From: Bdellovibrionales bacterium RIFOXYD12_FULL_39_22 | Lineage (GTDB): Bacteria > Bdellovibrionota > Bacteriovoracia > Bacteriovoracales > Bacteriovoracaceae | Assembly: GCA_001770205.1 (NCBI GenBank) | Contig: MEQL01000031.1 | Coordinates: forward strand, 62,001-119,352 | Length of the DNA: 57,352 nucleotides | Direction of reading: 5' to 3' | Shown here: in pieces, positions 19,257 through 29,482 of the stretch | How the letters are laid out: each line of letters begins with the position of its first letter | How positions within the stretch are numbered: position 1 is the stretch's first letter | Position numbers and translations under genes: made by a program | The notes under the pieces: model-generated | Database searches by the model: none | The model's input: only the letters and a program-made list of their open reading frames with translations | Told to the model about the DNA's origin: nothing

Positions 19257-20096
19257 ATGTTGGATTCGTTATCTGAGCTGGATGAGTCTTTGATTAGACT
19301 TATGGATTCTATCGTTTTTTTAGAAAAAAGTACGCCATTGATAGAACTTTTGCGCCGATTTGATCTGGAAGAGCGAGACTTTGGAAAACTGCTTTATCTA
19401 ATGGAAAAAATAGGCCAGCGAGTTTTATTAACAGAAGAAAAGGATGGGGTTATTGTACATTGCTCTAGTCGTGATGCGGTAGATAGATATCGTCAGCTGC
19501 GTTATCCGCAGACAAAAGTTTCTCTTTCCGAAATTGCGACTAAAATTCAACAAGCAGTGCATAATCAGAAATCTAAATTAGTGCAAATTTCATTGGCAAA
19601 TCATGCACCACTTCTGGTTTATGTTCATAATTTGATATTTTTAGATGAGGCCCTCTCTTTGATATGCGAGAGATGTGACGATAAAAGTTTGCAGGCCTTT
19701 GATACTGATAAAATTGTGGAAATTTGTGAGGTGACAACCAGTAGTACCGGACGCTATTTTCCCACTTATTCTCCGATGGAGATCTCCAAATTTATCACTG
19801 AAATTCGCGCATTAAATGGTAAGGAAGAACGCTTGGTGATTAAAATTTTATCTTCGGCAGAAATAAACTTAAATCCACCATTTCACTATTGGGTTAACCC
19901 CTATGTGGCCATTAATGATCGAGATGAGCGGATTTGGGCGGCCTCGGTGGAGTTGTCGGGACAGCTTTTTGAATGGTTAAATTCGCTAAGGGGATATATT
20001 GAAATATTGGCACCACAGACAGTGCGAGAGGAGTTAGAGCTTTATCGCAAAAATAAAAATACCAAAATTATTAATTATTTGAAAAAGGTCTCTTAA
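19257..20096 (+). CDS. Divergent WYL/WCX-domain protein
   Basis: LQAFDTDKI (cf. FRLDRI) and C-terminal WLNSLRGYIEILAPQTVREEL (WCX); possible N-terminal wHTH. Confidence 0.7.
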   Translation: MLDSLSELDESLIRLMDSIVFLEKSTPLIELLRRFDLEERDFGKLLYLMEKIGQRVLLTEEKDGVIVHCSSRDAVDRYRQLRYPQTKVSLSEIATKIQQAVHNQKSKLVQISLANHAPLLVYVHNLIFLDEALSLICERCDDKSLQAFDTDKIVEICEVTTSSTGRYFPTYSPMEISKFITEIRALNGKEERLVIKILSSAEINLNPPFHYWVNPYVAINDRDERIWAASVELSGQLFEWLNSLRGYIEILAPQTVREELELYRKNKNTKIINYLKKVS

Positions 20097-20113
20097 TAAA
20101 GTATCCATTAGTA

Positions 20114-20761
20114 ATGGATAATACTCGTGGAAAATTATCAAAAAACATTTCTAAAAATTTTACCATAATCTCGTTCATTCCGGCATTTGCCTATTGGTAT
20201 TTAGAGGCAAACTATTCGGTGGCCATTGCTGTTTCAGGTGGACTCGTATTGGCGACATTAGAGTTGGCCGGAGAGTGGTTTTTTACAAAACACCTGCACT
20301 CCATATCAAAAATTAATTTTTTTCTTATCATCTTTTTGGGAGCACTATCTTTACTGGAAGGAGAAGGTGTTTGGTTTAAATTACAGCCGGCCATTACTGG
20401 TATTGGGATTGGGATGTTTGTGGGAATAAAATCTCGGAGGGGGGTGGGCCCGCTTGCGGAGATGTTAAATGATCTTCAGCAAAAGAATTTACCGCCATAT
20501 TTGGTTAAAATTTTGGAACGCGATATTGCCATTTTTTTTACAGCCTATGGCCTTTTTATGGTTATAGTGGCCCTGGCACTATCGTCTGGGAAGTGGCTTT
20601 TTTTCAAAACGGGCGGTTTTTATCTGGCCTTTATTTTGTTCATGGCCTTTGAAATTATTATGATTCGTCGTAAAGTTCGGCAGGTAGCTTTTTATGAACA
20701 GCGTCGCCAATTATTGTCCGCGATGAAAGTTAATCAAGATAGCTTTGACAAGATAAAGTAG
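20114..20761 (+). CDS. YciB/IspZ-family inner membrane protein
   Basis: Five TM segments; WFKLQPAI and WLFFKTGG resemble YciB FIKWKPT and WVNFK. Confidence 0.75.
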   Translation: MDNTRGKLSKNISKNFTIISFIPAFAYWYLEANYSVAIAVSGGLVLATLELAGEWFFTKHLHSISKINFFLIIFLGALSLLEGEGVWFKLQPAITGIGIGMFVGIKSRRGVGPLAEMLNDLQQKNLPPYLVKILERDIAIFFTAYGLFMVIVALALSSGKWLFFKTGGFYLAFILFMAFEIIMIRRKVRQVAFYEQRRQLLSAMKVNQDSFDKIK

Positions 20762-20830
20762 TTAGTCAAAAATTATAGCTTGTAAATAAAAATGAGTTTT
20801 TGATTTTATCAAATATTCCAGGGGGCCAAT

Positions 20831-21022
20831 ATGAATGATGCACAAAAAAAACATAAAAAACAAAAAGAGCGTGAAGAAAAAGTTAGACAGAAAAGAGAGC
20901 GAGAAGAGTTAAAGAAAAAAAATGATCCACAAGGCGACAAAGAGACCGGATTGACAAGGATCTATATCATGATTGGAGTGGTTATTGCCGCTGCCGGTAT
21001 TGTTTTTTATAATATCAGCTAA
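20831..21022 (+). CDS. Small basic tail-anchored protein
   Basis: K/E-rich N-terminus, C-terminal TM; G-rich RBS. Confidence 0.65.
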   Translation: MNDAQKKHKKQKEREEKVRQKREREELKKKNDPQGDKETGLTRIYIMIGVVIAAAGIVFYNIS

Positions 21023-21035
21023 CCATTTAATAAGG

Positions 21036-21431
21036 ATGTTTATAAACAATCAATGTAAAATCCTTTTTTTTGCCGGTATTTTGCTTCTGTTCAGATGCTC
21101 GTCGGAAAGTCGTCAAGCTACAGTTTATGCAGAAAATCCAAATATTATAAGAAAAATTCTATTGGATAATCTTCCGCTTTTTGAAAAATGTAATAACAAA
21201 ACACTCCGCAAATCTTCAACAATGGTTCCTCTCCATTTTACGATAGGGCCATCTGGGCATGTTACTTACGCAAGTATAGATGAAGTCACCGATTCTCTTT
21301 CCAGTGAAAATCGCGACTGTGTTTTAAAAGTTATTAGAGGTATTAAGTTTCCAGAACCCAGCGGGGGTGGTGTTGTTGAGGTTAATCAGCCAATGAATTT
21401 TGAAAAGACTTCAAGCAAACAGTCAGATTAA
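21036..21431 (+). CDS. Lipoprotein with AgmX/PglI-type (TonB C-terminal-like) domain
   Basis: Lipobox-like LLFRC; FTIGPSGHV..CVLKVIRGIKFPEPSGGGVVEVNQPMNF. Confidence 0.8.
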   Translation: MFINNQCKILFFAGILLLFRCSSESRQATVYAENPNIIRKILLDNLPLFEKCNNKTLRKSSTMVPLHFTIGPSGHVTYASIDEVTDSLSSENRDCVLKVIRGIKFPEPSGGGVVEVNQPMNFEKTSSKQSD

Positions 21432-21671
21432 TTGAATCTCTTTAAACGGTAGATAGAGCACGATGAATATTTTTTTAGGATCTCATACGACTGTGCATTT
21501 CGCTCTGAAAAATTATGAAAAAATTACAAAATTAAAATTTTTTGATGGTCTGCATCGCCTGGTCTGACTATAATTACATATGCACAATTACATAGAATTT
21601 TTAAACTGGATTGGATATTAATCGTTTGATTTGAAAATAAGGATATTACCACGCTTACGCCTTGGAAAAAA

Positions 21672-22460
21672 ATGAGATTAATAATTTGCATTGCCATTAT
21701 ATTAAATTTGCAAGGTGTCTGTTTCGGATGGGTTCATCTTCGTGAACTTCGCGGAGAATATTATAAATCGCATCTGACATACAAGATTTTTAATGATCGA
21801 CAAATTGACTACTGTATTCAACTATCAGACCGTTCCTGGAATGAAGATTCTCTCGATATTCAAATTGTTATGGCCATAGAGACGTGGTTAACAAGTAATC
21901 CAGATTTTTTTGCAATGCACGTAGCAATCAACAAAGTTGGGTGTGATGATCCGAATATGGATCTGCAGGTTTTAATAGGAAAAGACGACGAAAGATGGCA
22001 GTTGGGCGCTTTTCAATCGGCCACCAAAATAGGTACTCACTACTTTTCTCGAATCCAGATTATTAGTGATTTTCAATGGAAAGATAATGGTACCGGGAAG
22101 ATATATTTTTTTCAAAATTTCATGGAGCTTTCTCCGGCGTTTGATTCTCATTTTCTAGAAGAAATTTCAATTAAAGGCAAAGCGACATTAGAACAAGTTG
22201 CTAAAAATTCCGATGTCGATTACTTTCAGATTTTCTGGAGCACATATCGAGTGTTGTTACATGAATTAGGACATTCTTTTGGATTAGGAGACACCTATAC
22301 TCCGGAGATTGATAAAAGCGGAGATCGTGAATTTAGAAGCGAGAAGCATCCCAGTAGTATGATGAATGACTCGAATTATTTTTACATTACAGACGATGAC
22401 AAGGATGGCATAAAAAGTCTTATTTTACGATTTGGCCAAATAAAAACTCACCCCCAATAA
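21672..22460 (+). CDS. Secreted metzincin (matrixin-like) zinc metalloprotease
   Basis: Signal peptide; HELGHSFGLGD; Met-turn SMMND. Confidence 0.8.
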   Translation: MRLIICIAIILNLQGVCFGWVHLRELRGEYYKSHLTYKIFNDRQIDYCIQLSDRSWNEDSLDIQIVMAIETWLTSNPDFFAMHVAINKVGCDDPNMDLQVLIGKDDERWQLGAFQSATKIGTHYFSRIQIISDFQWKDNGTGKIYFFQNFMELSPAFDSHFLEEISIKGKATLEQVAKNSDVDYFQIFWSTYRVLLHELGHSFGLGDTYTPEIDKSGDREFRSEKHPSSMMNDSNYFYITDDDKDGIKSLILRFGQIKTHPQ

Positions 22461-22588
22461 TTATAAACTCATCAAAGTAATAATTTATTTCGTTGTCCTC
22501 GCACGTTTAGACAATAGGTTGTTTAATATCAGTTAAAACTATTAATTGATTGCCGCCTTAAAGGCCGCAATTTACGATCTTTAAAGAA

Positions 22589-22849
22589 TTAGGCGGCCTT
22601 CTGTCTGGCCTCCCATAAGTCGTATTCAGCTTGCATCCTGACCCACATGGCAGCAGAGGTGCCAAGTGCTTTTTCTAGAATAATTGCAAATTCTGCCGAC
22701 ACACCTCGCTTGCCATTAATAATTTCATTTATCTTGCGAGGTTGGCATTCGCATAATTTTGCAAGAGTGGTTTGATTTAATCCCATTTCTTCCATGTAAA
22801 TGGATGCCAAAACTTTTCCTGGATGCAGTGGTGATGGATTATTGATCAT
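22589..22849 (-). CDS. higA: HigA-family antitoxin (XRE HTH)
   Basis: HPGKVL..INEIINGKRGVS..WVRMQAEYDL. Confidence 0.92.
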   Translation of the reverse strand: MINNPSPLHPGKVLASIYMEEMGLNQTTLAKLCECQPRKINEIINGKRGVSAEFAIILEKALGTSAAMWVRMQAEYDLWEARQKAA

Positions 22850-22863
22850 AGTATACTCCGATA

Positions 22864-22911
22864 TTATCCTTGATGGTAGTTTTCGATTTTAACGTCAGAA
22901 AACTCACCATT
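22864..22911 (-). pseudogene. higB: C-terminal relic of a HigB (RelE-like) toxin gene
   Basis: Minus frame reads NGEFSDVKIENYHQG*, like the HigB C-terminus (..DGDAYDVDIEDYH); ends 14 nt before higA; preceded by an in-frame TGA. Confidence 0.7.
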
Positions 22912-22986
22912 TCATTTATGTCATTCGAAGAGTGCATTATAGTCAGCAACGCTTTACTCCAGAGATTGATGAAAGCGGAGATATTT

Positions 22987-23826
22987 CTATACCCAACTGT
23001 TTAGCAGAGAAATTTCATCCTTCCACCTGATGGGATCTGGCGTCTCGAGAATCAGGGGAATATTATCGAAGCGCTGATCTTTCATTACAAACTTAAATAA
23101 CTCTTGGCCGATGAATCCCTGTCCGATACTTTCATGTCGATCTTTTTTAGAATGCCATTCATTTTTTGAATCATTTAGATGCATTCCTCTTAAATATTTA
23201 AAACCGATAATACGTGCAAACTCCTTAAAGGTTTTTTCTATTTCCGCTACTTCATTTAAGGGATATCCGGCCGCAAAGGTATGGCAGGTGTCTATACATA
23301 CCCCCACTCTGCTTTTATCTTCAATTTGGGCAATTATCTGGGCCAGATGTTCAAACTTGTATCCTAAATTGCTTCCTTGTCCAGCGGTATTTTCTATTAC
23401 TAAAACAGCAGAAGTGGTTTTATCAATTGTGCGGTTGAGTGCTTCGGCCACAAAGCTCAATGATTCATCTTCACTAATTTCTTTCAAGTGACTTCCTGGA
23501 TGGAAATTGAGTAATTTTAATCCTAACTGCTCAACACGTTGCACCTCATCTAAGAAGGCCTCAAAGGATTTTTTTCGCAGCTCCTTTTTGGGACTTCCTA
23601 AGTTTATTAGATAACTATCGTGAGGTAAGACATGCTCTGGCCGAATATTGGCGGCCTGCAGATTTTTACCAAAGGCCAAGATACTTTCGGGGGAGAGAGG
23701 AGGGGCGGTCCACTGCCTTTGATTTTTAGTAAATAATGCCAACGCATTGGCACCGATTTCTTTCGCATTTAAGGGAGCATTTTCTACTCCGCCAGAAGCA
23801 CTAACATGGGCACCAATATACTTCAT
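22987..23826 (-). CDS. nfo: Endonuclease IV
   Basis: [53 protein letters not shown]. Confidence 0.97.
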   Translation of the reverse strand: MKYIGAHVSASGGVENAPLNAKEIGANALALFTKNQRQWTAPPLSPESILAFGKNLQAANIRPEHVLPHDSYLINLGSPKKELRKKSFEAFLDEVQRVEQLGLKLLNFHPGSHLKEISEDESLSFVAEALNRTIDKTTSAVLVIENTAGQGSNLGYKFEHLAQIIAQIEDKSRVGVCIDTCHTFAAGYPLNEVAEIEKTFKEFARIIGFKYLRGMHLNDSKNEWHSKKDRHESIGQGFIGQELFKFVMKDQRFDNIPLILETPDPIRWKDEISLLNSWV

Positions 23827-23858
23827 ATTAATTATACTCCCTGGGTGGTTGGCCACAA

Positions 23859-25196
23859 TCATTGACAGTTAATATAATCATTTCCTCTAGGATCAAGGAA
23901 AAAACTATAGCGCTGATCTTCTTTATTTTTCCAGATTATATTGACGTTGCCGATTTCTTTTTGAAAATAAACATCGGTATCGCCTTTGAGCAGATCATCT
24001 GTTTTGTTGCGATTATTGGTAATTCCTTTTTCATAAATTATTCTGGCCGGATTTGTCAGATGTAAAGAGCGAGGAATTCGATACATTTTCTCAATGGCCT
24101 TGCTGGAAATATCTGGATACTCATTACTGCTTTGTATCGATTTGATGTTTTGGGATAAGATTTGACGAGGATCTCGTTCTGCTTGAGAAATAAGTAAGAA
24201 GTTATTTTTAGGTGAATAACAAAATGCCACGGGGTTGGCTTTTCCATTTCCGCTAAAAAGTAGACTATCTCCTAACGGAAGGGCCGAGGATTTATTTTCA
24301 TCTTGGGCACTGGCCGCCAAAAATACTTCGTGTGAAGAAATTATTCCAAAAAAATTGTATTTGCTCTCTTGCTCGTAGAGTTTAAAAAAAGTGGGATTAT
24401 AATTTTTATGATCAAAATTACAGCGGAGTTCGGCGATGGATTTTTGTGGAGGGATATTTGATTGGCCAACCAGAAATGATTCATCATCTGCGATGTAATA
24501 CGTCACTTTAGGAGTAGCAAGGTATCGCTTTATTATGCTAACCCAGTTAATGGCCGGAATAGTTTCGCCCTGTTTGATCAGTTGATTTCCTTTCGTGTAG
24601 TAACTCTTCAAGGTTTCATTTGCTTGGATCAAGGAAGCATTTTTGCGAATAAAAAGCATGGTTGGGCCATTGACACGAAAAGGATAGGCGTATTGTTTAT
24701 CTAGGATGGCCGCCAGCTGCATCAAACTTTTTTTTGTTTTCCTGCTTTTAAGTAAGGTGTCGAGGGAATAGAGAAAACTATATGCCTGGCCTTCATTGCT
24801 GCTGAAATTGGAGTGATAAAACAATGGAGATGATTTACCATCGTTTTGCAAAAACCATATTTGCAGGTTGGCGGTTGGAGAAGAGGCGTGGGGATAGTTG
24901 TTCATTTCAATCATGGCCATCATTACAAATTTTTCCACTAAGGATAGATCCCTGCCATGCTTAGCAAAAAAAAGTTGCAAATTTTCTAGGTGGTGTTTAT
25001 CTTGATGAATTAGTCGTATCTCATTGTCAGGTGTGGGAGAGCATGATTTATCAACAAAAGAATCTACGGTTTTAAGCTGCATTTCATTTTGTTGCTTAAC
25101 GATTTTATCAACTACCGAGCAACTTAAACAACCCAAAGCAAGCAGCAATGTCAGAAGCAATAAGGGTAAAGTGTAAGGATGTAATACTTTAGACAT
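23859..25196 (-). CDS. Hypothetical lipoprotein
   Basis: Hydrophobic N-terminus with LGC/LSC; 445-aa ORF. Confidence 0.7.
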   Translation of the reverse strand: MSKVLHPYTLPLLLLTLLLALGCLSCSVVDKIVKQQNEMQLKTVDSFVDKSCSPTPDNEIRLIHQDKHHLENLQLFFAKHGRDLSLVEKFVMMAMIEMNNYPHASSPTANLQIWFLQNDGKSSPLFYHSNFSSNEGQAYSFLYSLDTLLKSRKTKKSLMQLAAILDKQYAYPFRVNGPTMLFIRKNASLIQANETLKSYYTKGNQLIKQGETIPAINWVSIIKRYLATPKVTYYIADDESFLVGQSNIPPQKSIAELRCNFDHKNYNPTFFKLYEQESKYNFFGIISSHEVFLAASAQDENKSSALPLGDSLLFSGNGKANPVAFCYSPKNNFLLISQAERDPRQILSQNIKSIQSSNEYPDISSKAIEKMYRIPRSLHLTNPARIIYEKGITNNRNKTDDLLKGDTDVYFQKEIGNVNIIWKNKEDQRYSFFLDPRGNDYINCQ

Positions 25197-25548
25197 GATT
25201 GTGTTCGCCTTCGTTTTCTTTTTCTTCTTCTAAGTGATAAATCTCTTCGGGAAATAGATTATTAGTAATCTCTTCTTCCAGTAGTAGCTTTTCGGCGGCA
25301 GAATTGATTGCCTCCACAATAATCATAACCCAGAGGCCGGACTGATCCTCCCCGTGGTGGGGTTGGATATGAGATGAGATTATTTTAAATCCCCGATTGA
25401 TGAAGTTATAGAATATTGTATCAAACTGTTTTTCTCGATAGCCGCGGCTTCGTTGCGGAGGTGCCGGAATGTAATAGGTAAAACTTTGCCGCCTATAAGA
25501 ATAGAAGGGAGAGATTCGTTTGAAAAAGTCTATCGTTTTAATCCACAT
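25189..25548 (-). CDS. Hypothetical protein
   Basis: 119-aa ORF overlapping the next gene by 8 nt; motif YYIPAPPQRSRGYREKQFD. Confidence 0.65.
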   Translation of the reverse strand: MWIKTIDFFKRISPFYSYRRQSFTYYIPAPPQRSRGYREKQFDTIFYNFINRGFKIISSHIQPHHGEDQSGLWVMIIVEAINSAAEKLLLEEEITNNLFPEEIYHLEEEKENEGEHNHV

Positions 25549-25739
25549 ATAATTGGCCTTTGTTTTCGCAATGTAATGATGATGTTAGGTTTTGTAATTA
25601 ATCCTTATCATCAATAGTCTAGCGTAAAAAAAAGATTGACGTCAAATTTAGTCAGACTCCGAAGTATTTATTTGTTCGGAAAACTTTTCCTAGAAAACTT
25701 TTTACTGTATTGGATTGGAAATTGGGTTATACTTGAAGT

Positions 25740-25810
25740 GTGGAGACAGGATGTTTCTACAAAATGGCAGGATGCCAGAAAGAGGGGCCTTTGCAGGGGC
25801 CCCTTTTTAT
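25740..25810 (+). ncRNA. Candidate CsrA/RsmA-binding small RNA
   Basis: TATACT -10 at 25728-25733; two hairpins each displaying CAGGATG; GC-rich terminator with a T-tract. Confidence 0.6.
25781..25810 (+). terminator. Intrinsic terminator
   Basis: AGAGGGGCCTT-TGCA-GGGGCCCCTTTTTAT. Confidence 0.75.
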
Positions 25811-26018
25811 TTTGTTTTTATCAAGTAAATTTAAATGGCGAAATGCGACGTATTGCTCCCGATTTTGCTATTTTGCCCTTTTGTAAATTCTGTGAAGAAA
25901 CTGGCCTGGTTTGAGCGATAGTTACTATCTATGAAGTAATAACTTCTAATAACTAGAAGCAATTACAAGAAAATGCTAGGATTTTACTACCGAGAACAAA
26001 TAAACTATTGGAGGTTAT

Positions 26019-26597
26019 ATGGATAGACTATTTTTGGCACTTTTTTTATTAACTATCTTCACTTACGGTTTTTCAATGGAGCATTATAATATCGATCAGA
26101 AAAAAAGTGAAGTACGCTGGAAGGGAAAGAAACTAACAGGAGAGCATTATGGCACGGTTAAAATTAAAAGTGGCATGGTTATGTATGAGGGAGAAAAAAT
26201 TGATAGCGGTGAGGTAATTATAGATATGGCATCCATTTTAAATCAAGATTTGAGCGATAAGACCAACAATGAAAAATTGGTTGGCCACTTAAAGTCTGAT
26301 GATTTTTTTAGTGTTGATAAATTCCCTGAGGCCAAGATCATTCTAACTAAGATTAAGGCGGTGAAGGGAGGGTACGATGCTCGAGGTGATTTGACAATTA
26401 AAGGTACCACTTCTTCCTTGGATTTTAAAATAGAGGAGTCTGGTACAGGAGCAAACAGGCTTTTAAAAATTAAAACCCAATTTGATCGCTCCAAGTACAA
26501 TGTAAAGTATGGTTCTAGTAAATTTTTTCCCAGCATCGGCGATAAAATAATTTACGATGATGTGGAACTTGATGTTATACTCTCCCTAGAAAAATAA
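26019..26597 (+). CDS. YceI-family protein
   Basis: SEVRWKGKK..HYG, LVGHLKSDDFFSVDKFP, GDLTIKG, DRSKYNVKYGS. Confidence 0.92.
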   Translation: MDRLFLALFLLTIFTYGFSMEHYNIDQKKSEVRWKGKKLTGEHYGTVKIKSGMVMYEGEKIDSGEVIIDMASILNQDLSDKTNNEKLVGHLKSDDFFSVDKFPEAKIILTKIKAVKGGYDARGDLTIKGTTSSLDFKIEESGTGANRLLKIKTQFDRSKYNVKYGSSKFFPSIGDKIIYDDVELDVILSLEK

Positions 26598-26608
26598 TAT
26601 AAACTATT

Positions 26609-27436
26609 GTGGAGAGTTTCGTGATTGTTTGGTTGAGTGAGCTAAATCCCGTTTTGCAAGCATTTATCGCCGGCCTTTTCACCTGGGGAGTAACTTCTCT
26701 GGGGGCGGCCGGTGTTTTGTTGATGAAAACAGTCAATCGTAAATTACTTGATTGTATGTTGGGATTTGCCGCCGGAGTAATGATTGCTGCTAGCTACTGG
26801 TCTTTGCTTGCTCCCGCCATAGAGTTGGCAGCAGACGATCCGTTATTTCCTCGCTGGGTTTCTCCCACAATTGGATTTTTATTTGGAGGCCTTTTTCTTT
26901 TTGCTATCGATAAAATCCTTCCGCACTTGCATCTTGGAGAGGATACCTCTTCGGCGGAAGGCCCCAAAACTAGCTGGCATCGCTCAGTTTTATTGGTATT
27001 GGCCATTACGTTGCACAATATACCTGAAGGCCTTTCAATTGGAGTGGCCTTTGGTGCGGCGGCCAGTGGATTACCCGGTGCAACTATTGCTTCCGCTGTT
27101 GTCTTAGCAATTGGGATTGGATTGCAAAATTTTCCCGAAGGATTGGCCGTCTCGGCACCACTTAGAAGAGAGGGATTATCTCCTGTGAAAAGTTTTTGGT
27201 ATGGCCAACTTTCAGGAATGGTGGAGCCCTTTGCCGCTATTGTTGGAGCGGCGGTAGTGATGATTGCCACTCCTATTTTACCTTATGCACTAAGCTTTGC
27301 CGCGGGTGCCATGATCTTTGTGGTAGTGGAAGAGTTGATTCCAGAATCTCAATTGGGTGGCAATAAAGATTTGGCCACCCTCTCTACTATGCTAGGTTTT
27401 TCTGTGATGATGGTACTAGATGTTGCCTTAGGATGA
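26609..27436 (+). CDS. ZIP-family (GufA/ZupT-like) metal transporter
   Basis: [37 protein letters not shown]. Confidence 0.95.
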   Translation: MESFVIVWLSELNPVLQAFIAGLFTWGVTSLGAAGVLLMKTVNRKLLDCMLGFAAGVMIAASYWSLLAPAIELAADDPLFPRWVSPTIGFLFGGLFLFAIDKILPHLHLGEDTSSAEGPKTSWHRSVLLVLAITLHNIPEGLSIGVAFGAAASGLPGATIASAVVLAIGIGLQNFPEGLAVSAPLRREGLSPVKSFWYGQLSGMVEPFAAIVGAAVVMIATPILPYALSFAAGAMIFVVVEELIPESQLGGNKDLATLSTMLGFSVMMVLDVALG

Positions 27437-27587
27437 AAATCAACGATGATTGTCTGACTTTTTTGCTACGGTGCTTGACAGTGAATTTTTCTGCAATTTA
27501 TTTAGATATAACCTTAATAAAATAGAAAAAGTGAAGTAGATTATTGTGTATTTAATTTTACACTAACTTTTAACAAGGATGATAAAA

Positions 27588-29099
27588 ATGGCCCAACCAA
27601 CAATTGTTCGCAATTTAAAATTAAAAGGGAGAGAAATTCTTTCATCTTATGCTAGCTTTACACTAGAGGGCGAGATCACGGCACAAGTACAAAGAGGAAG
27701 TGACAGTTGGTCTATGGTGGAGAGAAATGGAATTGCGAAAGGTACATCAGATGGTGATGCCGAGGCCATTTATATTCCCAATAATGAGGCCATTAAATCA
27801 ATGCATGAAAATATTGCCCCTCTTTTACCAAAAGAGATTGTAATAACATCACCACAAGATGTTTTTGATGCGGTGGCAAATTTTGATCTTAAGCTCGTGG
27901 AGAAGGCCGGGCCGAATAAGAAAAAGTGGGGGGGGAATGCTTGCTTGGCATCATCGACAACGCTATTTCAGCTTTTAATGAAGGCCGCTGGTTATGAGGC
28001 GTGGCAGATGAAGGCGCCAAAGAATATGAAGAAGTTCTACTTTCCTAATATTGCCTTCAATATGGTTTGTGGTGGAGAACATGTTCCTGGAACTAAGCAA
28101 GATATCCAAGAGATGTTTTTTTTCTCCATGAAAGACAAGAGCGTTAAAGATGTCTTTAAAACTGGAACAAGTTTTTTTCGACAGTTTGAAAAGAATTTAG
28201 TTCGCGACGGCAAACCAACTGGTACTGCTAAAGAACGTGGATTTGTTTTTCCTGTGGCCGATAACTTTGAAGGATTAAGTCGTATTAAAGAATGTGCTGG
28301 GCAGTTGGGACTGAAAATTAATGAGTGGGCATGTGGAACAGATAATGCTTTTTCTGAAATTCAAAAGACTGATCAGCTACGAAATGAAGGAAAATATGAT
28401 ATGCGTTTTTCTGGCCAAGGAATTAAAACGCGAGAACAGCTAATTGATTTTGATTGGTCGATTGTAAAAACTTCTCCTAATTTTGTAACCATGGAAGATC
28501 CAGGAAGTGAACATGATATTGAGGCACACCGTCTGATGACAGGTAAGTATGGGGATAAAGTGCAAGTGGTTTGTGATGATGCGGCCGTAACCCAGATGCG
28601 ATTTATTATTCCCTTTTTGGCCTCGCCAGATCGTAATAAGCGAGCAGGTAATTCTATTTTGATTAAATTAAATCAGGCAGGAACCTTCACCGAAACTTGC
28701 TTGGCATCTGAAATTGTTTTGGGCGTAGCAGATACTGCACGAGTTGAAAAATTTCTAGGAGCGCGAGGAGATTTGGATTATGTTATGGGCCAATTACAGG
28801 AGTTGGGAATTCACTCTCTGCAAGAAGCATTAGATAATATTAAAAATGGTGGCTTTTCTACATTCTTCTCCCATCGTTCGACAGAAGGTTCTTCTGAGTT
28901 TTTGGCCTACATGCCTCTAATCTATGGGGCAGTTTCTAATAAGCTTTGGTTTAAGGCCGGGGCCCCTAATGGAGAGCGTAATTTGCAAAACTATAATCCT
29001 CTAATTCGGGCGGAAGAAAAGATGATTGAAATGGGAGTTATGCCAGAGGTGGCAAACTGGAATGGTCTGCCAACAGAGGTAAAGATCGATTTGTCATAG
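27588..29099 (+). CDS. eno: Highly divergent enolase-family protein
   Basis: REIL, GGEH, DIQE, MEDP, VVCDDAAVT, NSILIKLNQAGTFTET, SHRS, FKAG, YNPLIRAEE align in order to enolase motifs. Confidence 0.8.
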   Translation: MAQPTIVRNLKLKGREILSSYASFTLEGEITAQVQRGSDSWSMVERNGIAKGTSDGDAEAIYIPNNEAIKSMHENIAPLLPKEIVITSPQDVFDAVANFDLKLVEKAGPNKKKWGGNACLASSTTLFQLLMKAAGYEAWQMKAPKNMKKFYFPNIAFNMVCGGEHVPGTKQDIQEMFFFSMKDKSVKDVFKTGTSFFRQFEKNLVRDGKPTGTAKERGFVFPVADNFEGLSRIKECAGQLGLKINEWACGTDNAFSEIQKTDQLRNEGKYDMRFSGQGIKTREQLIDFDWSIVKTSPNFVTMEDPGSEHDIEAHRLMTGKYGDKVQVVCDDAAVTQMRFIIPFLASPDRNKRAGNSILIKLNQAGTFTETCLASEIVLGVADTARVEKFLGARGDLDYVMGQLQELGIHSLQEALDNIKNGGFSTFFSHRSTEGSSEFLAYMPLIYGAVSNKLWFKAGAPNGERNLQNYNPLIRAEEKMIEMGVMPEVANWNGLPTEVKIDLS

Positions 29100-29100
29100 T

Positions 29101-29175
29101 AAAAAATGCCGCCTTTGACGAATATAAAATAGATTGTGTTATCAATTTTACTTTAAGATTTGGTGGCATTTTTGC
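29101..29175 (+). terminator. Possible long-loop terminator after eno
   Basis: AAAAATGCCGCC ... GGTGGCATTTTT inverted repeat immediately after the stop codon. Confidence 0.4.
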
Positions 29176-29482
29176 TAATTTACTCCGACTAATTTTCTAA
29201 TTTTTAGATAACCTTAAGGTGGATCTAAATTACTACACTAATGTTGTTTTTTTAATATCAAGAGTTTGTAAAAAATAAATCGAAAGAAATTTAAACCTCA
29301 GTGATACTTAAGGACGTTTAGTTTTTTTTTAAAGTCAAATCTGATTTTTATTATCAATCAAATTCAAAAAAAGTGATCTCAAGAATTTTTTTATTACCCC
29401 GAACGGGGCTTGCGCAAAATACAGACAAGTTTAGATTAAACACAAAGACGATTAACTGTTTAATGTTTTTATAGTGTGAATA

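Noticed and set aside
25636..25914. 92-aa ORF
   Set aside because: TTG start without RBS, no motifs, and it runs through a clear terminator and the sRNA-like structure
29161..29176. GG-N10-GC upstream of cheA
   Set aside because: Poor -24 box, about 300 nt from the start, and explained as an arm of the eno terminator
27485..29217. Imperfect TTTAGAT(AT)AACCTTAA repeat on both sides of eno
   Set aside because: Short and AT-rich; insufficient as an insertion-site duplication
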